Below are positions 54,194 to 64,000 of a DNA stretch of 64,000 nt, in pieces (position 1 is the stretch's first letter; each line of letters opens with the position of its first letter). This DNA is from Lepidodermella squamata (Eukaryota > Animalia > Gastrotricha). Made by a program: the position numbers and the translations under genes. The notes under the pieces were generated by a model. The model was not told the DNA's origin, made no database searches, and saw only the letters and a list, made by a program, of their open reading frames with translations. The DNA lies in the NCBI GenBank assembly GCA_047495785.1, contig JBLDXI010000064.1, positions 62,001 to 126,000 of the forward strand, given 5' to 3'.

Positions 54194-54639
54194 TAGTCTG
54201 ACTGACCCAAGTGGTCGGAGGAAACGGTGGAAGTGTCATCTGAACTCGAGGCCTTTCGATAGGTTCCAGATAATTCAATTCATAATAACGCAGCTATCGC
54301 GAAATCAGTTTGCTTCCGGTTAGGTATAATTAGGTCTTTCAAGTTGACATTTTCAAATGAAGGCGGCAAAATCGCTTCCTTTGACGTTGACACCCCCCTT
54401 AGAAACCCAGGAGGAATAACTTTCATTCTCATCGCCATCCATTCTCAATCTGTGATGACATCAATCTGTGAAAAATTGTAGTCTTTCCGATTGGAAAAAC
54501 ATAGGCGAAGCAACTATTATAACACTGCAGCTGAACAAAACCAATGTGCATCTCCGGGAACAGGTGCAAAGTCCCAAAATAACTTTATCTTTAAGGATAT
54601 TGTCGATGAGTTCTCGCAATTTAACAACCAAACAAATTC

Positions 54640-55170
54640 GGGGCGATCGGTAGCACACTGGCCTGGAAGAAGGTTGCGTTGCATTTCAACCCAATTGCTG
54701 TTCGTTGTCATCGTAATGAAAAGATCCGGCTTGCCGTCGCGTCTAACAATTGCGTCTTGATAAAGTTCCGACATTTGTCGAGGACACCCATTCGTATTTG
54801 TCGAGGGAAATAGAAATACGATTCGAACTTTAGTTCCAATATCAGAGCCATCTCGACCATCGCATAATTTTCGACTCTCAGCCTATCTTGGTTAAAGCGT
54901 ATGAAGCCGAAATCGGTGGTTTCCATTTTTAAAAGGTATCGACAACGAATTGTTGGAATAACTTCCCGAATAGGTGAAAAACAACTTCATAAGGCGATGG
55001 CAAATATAATCACGGCATGTTAACTTTGCTTGTCGAGGGTTACCATTTTCATCCACCTTGACCGCCCTACGAAACAGCGTCATGCCGAGATCATCGGATG
55101 AAAATATCAACGAATAAGCAAGCGGATCATAATGTGCGTTCGTTTTGTCGAGGCGCTGACACAATATCAG
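54640..55170 (-). mobile_element. Helitron Rep/helicase relic (frameshifted)
   Basis: YDPLAYSLIF, NQDRLRVENY and YQDAIVRRDGKPDLFITMTTNSNW.E...LLPGQ.A.DRP are characteristic Helitron Rep motifs, spread over three frames. Confidence 0.88.
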
Positions 55171-56399
55171 GGTCACAATATTAAAATTGTTTGTGGCAAT
55201 TTGAGGCAACAATTTTTTCTTCACTTTTATAAGTAAGACCGTTGAAGGACCAGGCATGGATTTATTTATCATTTGAAGGTAACTTTAATGAAGCTGTATG
55301 AGCTGGATGAGCTGCAAATAATAAAATAATGAATGTCTTATATATTTCAATTAATATAGCCTCATTTTTTCATCGAAATCCAACCAACTAATTTCACAAT
55401 ATCGTTCGTGTTGCGACGTAAGGGACCGCCTGTACTAGCGCATATTTCTATATATCATTATACCGCTACATTGCGGTTGTTTACAACTGCGGAGCGGTTG
55501 CATCCCAAATTACTATCTTTGGTTCAAGGGCTATAAAATTGCCATTAGCTGCGATTGCTATCGTGCGTTCTTGGACTCTTGGAGAGAAAAGAGAAATTCA
55601 GCTTTTCCCCCTATCATTCCTATAATTCTTCAAATTTTTCACGCTTTCTTCTGGAATTCTTCGATTGCAGATTTAACAGGTAGCAAAAACGAGCTGCTGT
55701 GAGCAATGAAAAACTATTATTATCCGTGACTCGGTGCCGTAAATCTTTATTTTCAATGCAGCGAAATAATTGAAAATGAACAAAGGAAATGAAACTAAGA
55801 GAACAATTCATCACACTTTGTTTAACAGAAATGGCGATAACAGGTTGAATATATCGAAAGAGCCAGCACTCTGCAATAGTATAGTAGCGACCTTACGCCG
55901 TAATTTTCCATTTCCGATTCCCAATCCATATCCAATATCCAATCTTTATCCAATCAGCTATAACTCAAGTGCCGAATTCGAGTAAAAGTTGAAGTATAAT
56001 AATCCTAATAAACAATGCAGAATTTAAAATTTAACACAGCAGCTAAGAGGATGTACTTTACTACTTTAATAGCTGCGAGAGATATTGCAATAAGATTTTA
56101 ATGAATTATTATTACGTATTTTAGAAACGAGCCATTCTAAATTTAAAGGTCCTCTGATTTCTACGAGAAATTATAGAATGATATTAATGCACATTCAATG
56201 TTATTGAAAGTAGATCTCGCCCCTGGAAGTTTTGGCGGATAAATCTTTGAATTAGGAAACAAGAGGTCTTTAAAGTTTTCTGAAAATGTATCACTTAAAA
56301 CCGAAATGAACTAACAATTTTCGTTGACGGCGAAACTCCATTGGTTAACTAATTAACTAAGTAACGATAACTAAATTGATAAGCCCCAGAAATGGCTTA

Positions 56400-56559
56400 G
56401 CGTCGTTGAATAACTCTGATTTGGGCAAGTTTACGTCAGTGACAAGTAAAAGGTGATAGCAGAGTTTTTATGTGAACGAAGACGGAAGCAAACTTGTCAC
56501 CCGTCAACTGTCTGTAACTGACGTGATCAAGCCCTAATCCGAGTTGTATTCAACGACGC
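56400..56559. mobile_element. Small MITE; degenerate relative at ~32770-32920
   Basis: TTA|GCGTCGTTGAATA ... TATTCAACGACGC|TAA; inner GTGACAAGT/ACTTGTCAC pair shared with the 32.8-kb copy. Confidence 0.75.
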
Positions 56560-56853
56560 TAACGACTACGGTATGACTACGGCGCAGTGATGGCGGTTCA
56601 TTCTGCTTTGACTGCTATGGTTTAGCTTTTTTCTTCCATTTAAAATGTCTATATCTATTGGATACCAATTAAGTGTTAAATTTCAATACCTAGAGCAGAT
56701 CAGATTTGTCTCCAAAAAGCTGCGCTTTGATTTAGGATCTAGCCTTGACAAGCAGAACAAACCGCTCCATTGCTCCAGAAATCTACCCGTAAACCGTTCT
56801 CATCATAAAGTACGCGCCACTTATTTGCCTTCAATTACTCTGAAACTCTGAAA

Positions 56854-57337
56854 CAGTGTGGTCCACGGCCGGAAAATGGCGAGTCACCAACCGGAGTCAA
56901 AATTGGGCCAAAGAGTCAAAACCATTAAAACGCCGATAAACCAGTAAATGTTACGTCTAAATATCACTCCAATTCCCGTTCTCGCTCGAAAATTGCTCTC
57001 GCTATATTCACCTGTCGCTGCAACTTTTCGGGGGGTTCGACTGGTTTTTAACAAAATTCGCCATTTTTGCGCCTTTGTAACTTGTAGAAAAATAGCTCCC
57101 TGCGAGCGAAGCGAGCTTCAGCTGAGGATATTTCTTCGACTTTTTGGACTTTTTTATGAGTGTGGAGTCAAAGCATCTAATTTTGGAGTCAAACTCAGAG
57201 CCGGAGTCAAGTTTATAGCTAGGTTATTTGTGACTCTTTCCGGAGTCAAGCTCGGCTTAGTAATCGGAGTCACACATGAGTAAAAAAAATCCCAAAAGAG
57301 TCAAAATGGCTTGGGAGTCACACTTTGGACCACACTG
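56854..57337. mobile_element. hAT MITE with GGAGTCA subterminal repeats
   Basis: TIR CAGTGTGGTCCA / TGGACCACACTG; 8-bp TSD CTCTGAAA/CCCTGAAA. Confidence 0.85.
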
Positions 57338-58711
57338 CCCTGAAAGTTATTCTGCATTCTCGCCATTAGATTGAAGTGCCGTAAGCATTCCTGATTGACC
57401 TAATTATAGTTAAGATTCCAGCTAAAATGATCAAGTGGATGCGCATTGTAAATTATACTTCTGCGCATGATTGCTTTCTTTGATAACTACTGTTAGCCCG
57501 TGGCATTTTGCTCTTTGGCCGTCGGTTCAACACCATCAGACTAAATGTGACGTACTATTTCATTAAGAAGTCCGCGCAAAAATCGTGAATCCCAAACTCA
57601 AATGGTGGGTCACGTTTTGTCGTATCATGCCAAGCGAGTTGCATGTCGAACATTTCTCGAATGCAGCGGTTTCGTTGCTAATTGCTAATTGCTAATCATC
57701 AATCATCGCTAAATCGCTAACCAGATCACATTACCAAGACAATCCGCTATCTTTCTTAGGATACAGGGATACAAGTCATACTAGCAATTCTCGAATGCTA
57801 CCAACTTCGTAAACTTTGGGTGATTCTACTATTGACCTCATATGGCTGCGAGCTGCGAATCTGCTTCAGCGATTCCGCGAGCTTCGCGCAAGGTTGTAGT
57901 TCAGTTTGTCGCAACAGCTCAACTGCTCATATTTGATAAAATATGAAATGCGATTAGAAAAATACGTGATCGCTTTTTCATGCAATAAAATTTAAGAAGT
58001 ATATCGAAATGCCTGCGAGCTGCGAGATAATGGAGAAGGATAACCACAAAATAGTTTATAACTAATCGCGTAATAAGTGCTCTCTTGGCATTTTCATGAT
58101 AGTAGAAAAATTGGCTCATAGTCCATACTTCCGTAATATGCATTTTTCGTGATGATAACTGCATGGGTCGCATAAAATTATGCTCCGGGAATGGGAAACT
58201 AAAAAGTAAGCCCATTCGAACGCAGACTCTGGTCATGTTTGAACAATAAGTGGTGGATAGTCATGGTTCAACTTCACTATACAGAGAGAGTGCGAGAGAG
58301 AGACAGAGATTTTACCCTATGAGTTTACCCTATGGATATTGATAGAATTGATAGAATTGAATAATAAAAATTATATTATATATTATAATTATAAAATTGA
58401 TAGAATTATCCTAGACTACGCTCGTAGGGAACGAAGGTGAAATCAAGAAGAGGAGGATAAATTTGGTTGATCTTAAGAATTTAGCCGTGATAACGGAGAA
58501 ATTGTCTGAAGCGTTTGTGCGTAGTACGCATTCTGCATTCTGGTAGCGTTGCAACCGTTCGGTATCGGATGCGCCGCAATAATGATGCTATTACCGGCAA
58601 ATAAAAAGTAGCTTATATTACCAGTACCAAGTATTTTATTACAAACAGCATGGAAGTACTGCCTAACGCGGTCTCTTACGTCGCAACACGAACGATATTT
58701 CGAGATAAACA

Positions 58712-60678
58712 TCACGTAAACTTCTCGCACAAGACTTTATACAATTCTTGGGTGCAGGAGAAAAGTTGAAAGTAATATCCGGGTGGGTTTTTTCTGCCGA
58801 AATAACGGATTCCAAGACATCCATCGTCGATCATTCCCATCCACTTCGATGCAGCATACGATGCAACGGAGCCATCGTCCCATTTGAGAACCCCATTATG
58901 CCGAGTGAGATCGACCCAGGTATAATAGAGCGGGTCCAGCACTTGCGCGGCTGCATCCAGCTCGGTGTCTGACCTAATCTTCGCAATCGTAGAATTTCTT
59001 TCGACACATTTCGACGCGCCTGCGATTCTGTCGCCACCAACCGCACCCAGGTCCTCCATCGAGTAACTCTTGACAACAGCTTTGCAACTGTCTTCGTTCA
59101 TGTAGGCGACATCGGCCGGAGACCTCACCTGGGTTGCCACATTGCAGTCTGTTGACTCGGTTACGCAATGACTCGCCCCGTCACTTACGTCGACGCAGCG
59201 GAAATAAACAGACTACAAAATATGAAAGAATTCATTTCGACGGTACCATTACAATGGTTATTTTCCAGAAAACGATCACCTTATTGCCTATACCTAATAC
59301 TGATACTGAAACATAGGAAAACATATAACTGATAGCAAACATACAGGGGGCGATACATCCTTGATACACTTGTCGTGGTTCAATTGAAAGGTCCGCAAGC
59401 CGGAGAAAAGCTTTTCCTGTAATCGAAAAAAACAAAAAAAAATCACATCAACTGAACCGGTTTGAAAGAGGCTTTACCTGTGTTTGGTCTTGGGGACAGG
59501 TTGCGTAGCAAGACAGCCGTCCAGATGAATCCTCGCACCAAACGGCATTCTGTCAAACAAGACCAACCTTATCGATTACTGTAAAAGAAAAAGAATGACT
59601 TACTCCTAGCATGCATGCCGCACGGTTGATGTAGACTTTGTTCGAGTATTGTTGAGTCTCATTGCTGGCAAAACAGCCGGGGCTTTGCGGACGGCAGTCG
59701 TGGAATTTGCGAGATGTCGAGTCAAAACAACGGACGTGAGGCTTTTCGCTAATCGGAACTTTGACTGAAATTCATGAAAAGTCATTAAAATCGCTAAGGA
59801 CATTATTAAAGTTCAGAGGTGATTTCGCCGTTTTCCCCAAGTTTTCACACTCATATAGCAGTAATAACGTACCTAATCCATTGGTGCAAGACGTGAGATT
59901 GGGATACAAAGTTGAATCAGTTGGCTGCTGGGGAAACTAAACAAAGAATCAAAGAATCAAATGAATAACCCTTCAGAAAGCTGAGAAATGGCTCACCCAG
60001 TTTTTGGGGCATTTGTACGGGTCAGGGACGCAAGTTTTGATGACGCCATTCGACATGCAGCGCCTGAATTTCAAAGTCTGAAATGACATGAAGTTTGCAC
60101 GTGTCAAACTTCCATCCAGTATTTGAATTCTCACCTCGAATGCAGCTTTCTTTTTCTCGCATTCGTTGAGGTTGTTTCTCAAGCTGAACGGCGGCTTTGC
60201 GAGGTCAAACCAAAATGTCTGAAGCAATGAGTTTGATGGGCAATATCAATTTTGGATGAAAATTCTTACATTCATATCACCTGGGTTGTTACAGCCGACG
60301 TTTCCAGGTACGCAGAATGGGGTGAGAGCCTCGTATTTGTAACACATTCTGGCATTCTAGAGACAAATTGAAATAGGAATAACAAAAGATGCCATCAAGT
60401 TGCTGATGACTTAACAGACCCCGGTGTTGCAGCTGCCAGTTGATCGGAAACTCGTTCCCCACTATTAGAATAGGAACGCTTAAACTTTCTAGACCTGAAG
60501 AGAAATCTGATTCGTGGAAAACCTGGTAATTTGCGAGTGGATCACAGCCATCGGGTTCGCAGCTAGTGAATCGATTGCTCTGCTGCGAGAAGCATCGAGC
60601 CCAGTCACCCCCGTAAGCCGAGTCGCATGATGCCAGCAGAAGTGCCACAAGCACAACATTACCGTGAAAACCAGCCAT
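58712..60678 (-). CDS. Gene J: recent duplicate of H, Cys-repeat (x6) + single CTLD
   Basis: MAGFHGNVVLVALLLASCDS; exons, several introns and ~680 bp upstream (to ~61358) nearly identical to H (to ~39846); terminal exon ends VLCEKFT. Confidence 0.88.
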
Positions 60679-62448
60679 TATACTTGGCGAATCTGGGTGG
60701 GAAAATAACGAAAATTGCTTTGAAATTGAACGAAAAAAGTTGAAAATGTGCTTAGATCAAATAATTATAACCTTTAGTCTGTATTCGATTTTTCAATGAC
60801 ATTTGTCGTCGTCCCGCTTTTAAGTTGGACAATAATATTGTCCTGTCAGTTAATTATCAGGAAGGCGTCAGTTGAAATAATCGCGTGGCTATTTATCCGG
60901 TTCGTTTCGACAATAAAACAATCAGGAAAATTGTCTTGTCCTAATTCTCGCGTATTCTTTAAATTTTAAATGACTTTTCTATAGTGACCTGATTTGCCCA
61001 AAAAATCGTCGTCACTGATCTCGGTTTGAGTTGGAGAATAGCCACAAAATTTGGCTGGGCTATATGAAGGGGCCGGTTTCATTGTTTTTTCGGCGATGAG
61101 AATGACGATGAGTTCTTGTTCGACGAAGAATCGTCTCAAATCAAGCGAAACACGAAACTCGAATCAAACATTACTTTTCACCTAGTCATCACTAAGCTCG
61201 CCCACAGCTTTCAAAATCAGCGATAGACCGACGCAATGGTAATTCAATCGAATGATAATTCAATCGCCTGTACTCGATTACAAGGTCATGTGGCAATGCC
61301 GACTTACCAACGCAATTACTGACGGGGTTTCCGCGGTTTCCTTAAATTCGATCTGGGCTTGACGGCCTGGGCGATGACGGATGACGGAGGGACCCAGACA
61401 GTCATAACAGCAAATGGTCAAATCAGCAAGCGCGACAAAACAGCAGAAACATGATTCATCATTTACATAGATTAGTTTTGTCTGTTTTCGAAATGAAAAA
61501 TGGCAGTTTTGTTAAAAATGTGCTGCTTTGCCGCAACTGCTGTTCTGCATAGTTGGTGTCCCAGCGCCGTACCAAAGGAAATTATCTAGATTTTCTCAAG
61601 AAAGTTGCCACATCAATTAAATTTGCGAAAATTCTGGGACATGCGGCCTGGCGAAATTACGAAGAGTTGCTTTGCTGCTTTGCAAAAAACGACCTTTGAT
61701 CTTTTACGCGAAAGATTAAGGCCGAGGGGAGACCATTAATCCCGAAAGTTATTCTACAGCAGTGGTGCGCAAACATTTTCAACTACCGGCGATTTTGGCG
61801 GCCGCAGGGGTACCTAACCGGCTGCACTACCAGATTATTTGTACATGTCATCGGCCGATGCAACTGATTTATTTTGTTAAAATCTTTAATTCAGCATTTT
61901 GATGGGAAATTCAAAATCTTCCGATTTTCCACGTTGGATTTGGCAGAGCATTTTAAGAGACTACCCATAACCAAAACTTGCCGCCCAGCCTTCTTGATTT
62001 AAACCCCGATTGATCCATCCCAACCCATGATTCCAAATATTTAAAATCACGGTTCGGGGTATTTGAAGCCTCTCTCCGTTGTATCAGCTTGACAAAGTGG
62101 GAAACTCGTGACTATCTCACTCGAGGATAAGCAATCGATCAGATAGTTTCGATAGTCGCACATTTCAGCCATCATTTACAATTTACAAGCAAAGATTACT
62201 CAAATCCCCTCATAAAATTAGGGTGACTGGATTCATCGAAGAGATTCTCATACTGGGGGCTCGGGAACGGGCCCAGAATAAGTCTCGCTTTTCAAAGTGA
62301 TCATTGAGGCATGGATTTATTTATCATTAGAAGGTAAGACCTGACTTCATTTAAATAGGTTTCATTAACGCATCAGATTCACTTCATAACACTCTTTTAC
62401 ATTGCCATTCAACTCACTTCACAACGAGGTTTTCTCGAGATATAACAA

Positions 62449-64000
62449 TCACGAATGGTCCTCGCACAAGACCTTATTTGCTTTGCTACTACAATCATAT
62501 TGTAAAAACATGGGTGGGTTTTGTTCGTCGAAACTGCTGATAACAGCACAGCCATCGTTCTTTCCAATCCACTTCGAAGCAGCAAACGGAGCATCGGTGC
62601 CATCGTCCCATCTGAGGGCACCTTTTTGCCGCACGAGACCGACCCAGGTGTTCAAGGTCGAGTCAAGCACTTGTGAGGCGGCTGTAAGCTCAGCGTCTGA
62701 CCTAATTTTTGCAATCGAAGCATTCCGTTCAACGCATTTCAACGTTGCGGTCCATTTGTCGCCTCCGTCATCGCCCAGGTCGTCAACCGAGTATCGTTTG
62801 ACAACAGCCTTGCAACTCTCCTCGTCTTTATAGGCGACATCAGCCGGGATTCGAAATTGCGTAGGCGCCTGGCAGCCTGTCGACTCGGTTACGCAATGAC
62901 CCGACCCGTCACTTATGTCGACGCAGCGGAAGTAAACAGACTGCAAATAATTTAACAGTTCCTTTATTTTCTAACTTTTTGTAAGCAATTTAACTAATTT
63001 TTTAAATTAAACCTGCCGCGAAAATAATCCGCCTTTTTGCGATTGAATCAAAGAAAAAATGGAATTTTTCCCGGAGGGAACCCGAAATAGCCCATTAGTG
63101 GCGGCTGCTTCGGTATTTTTTGGTATTTTACCCGGTTAGAACCCCCTTCACGCGCATCATCCAGCGCTGGAACGACCTGCCCAAGACCGTGTTTCCAGAC
63201 ATTATTGATCCTCATTTATTCAAAAAATCTGTGAACGACCTATGCCTAGTTTTTTAACATCCGAAAACTGACCGAAAATTCTTCGTAAATAAAAAAAAGA
63301 ACAAATTTATACATCCTTTTTCAATCCCAAAAGTGATAATACTCCCGAAGTGTCTACGTTTTGAAGTTTCGGAACCATTTTCAGTGAATATTCTTTGCTT
63401 GCATTACTTATGGGAGTGCTGTCTACGTTGGTATAAGTATATTTAACAGACACACAGAAGGAACTAACGAACTTACAGGGGGCGTTATATCCTTGAGGCA
63501 ATTGTTAAAATTAAGCGTAAACGTCTGCGAGCCGGAGTACAACTTCACCTGCAATAGAAAAAATGAGTTGATAGTTGAAAAACCGATCATTCGTTTAGGT
63601 TTACCTCCGATAGACCTTTAGGACAAACAGCGCGGCAAGACAGGCGGTTAGATGAATCCTTGCACGAATAGGCGTTCTGTCAAAAACCACATTAATTGCT
63701 GAAATAGAAAGGATTATTACAACTTACTCCGCGCATGCAAGTTGCACGGTTGATGTAAACCTGGGTCGATGACGGCAGAGTTTCATTGCTGGCGAAACAG
63801 CCCGGGCTTTGCGGTCGGCAGTCGTTGAATTTGCCAGTGTTTGAATCGAAACAGCGGACGTGAGGCTTTTCGCTAACCGGAACTGTAACTGAAATTCATA
63901 AAAAAAATACCCGGCATTGAATCGCAACCGAATTTCCACTACGAATAACGCACTCATTCCGTTGGTACAAGACGCGAGATTTGGATACAAATCTGAATTT
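62449..64000 (-). CDS. Gene K (5' end outside window): H/J-type Cys-repeat + CTLD protein
   Basis: Exons for HVRCFDSNTGKFNDCRP, NAYSCKDSSNRLSC and terminal exon SVYFRCVD..WVGL..WDDGT..VLCEDHS. Confidence 0.85.
63143..63298 (+). mobile_element. 5'-truncated LINE (CR1/L2/Jockey-type) 3' end in an intron of gene K
   Basis: FTRIIQRWNDLPKTVFP..LFKKSV matches the LINE ORF2 C-terminal R....WN.LP....FK motif, followed by AATAAA/poly(A). Possible AGAAC TSD. Confidence 0.7.

Overview
Eukaryotic, AT-rich, intron-dense DNA with many ~50-60 bp GT-AG introns; invertebrate and nematode-like, but the species cannot be fixed from sequence. The window is a tandem cluster of 11 paralogous genes (A-K; A and K cut by the window edges) plus a pseudogenic partial copy. 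By manual splicing they encode secreted proteins: signal peptide, then 5-6 copies of a ~45-55 aa four-cysteine module I do not recognise, then one or two atypical C-type lectin-like domains (CTLDs). The family shows three exon-cassette architectures, a rapidly diverging lectin domain on a conserved scaffold, an apparent gene-conversion tract, paralog-specific introns and a clustered GACAAT upstream motif. Interspersed are an apparently intact piggyBac element (TTAA TSD, 40-bp TIRs) carrying a spliced transposase and a second divergently transcribed gene of unknown function, an internally deleted MULE, several hAT and Tc1/mariner-pogo MITEs, and Helitron, Gypsy and LINE relics. All gene models were derived by eye and need RNA-seq confirmation.
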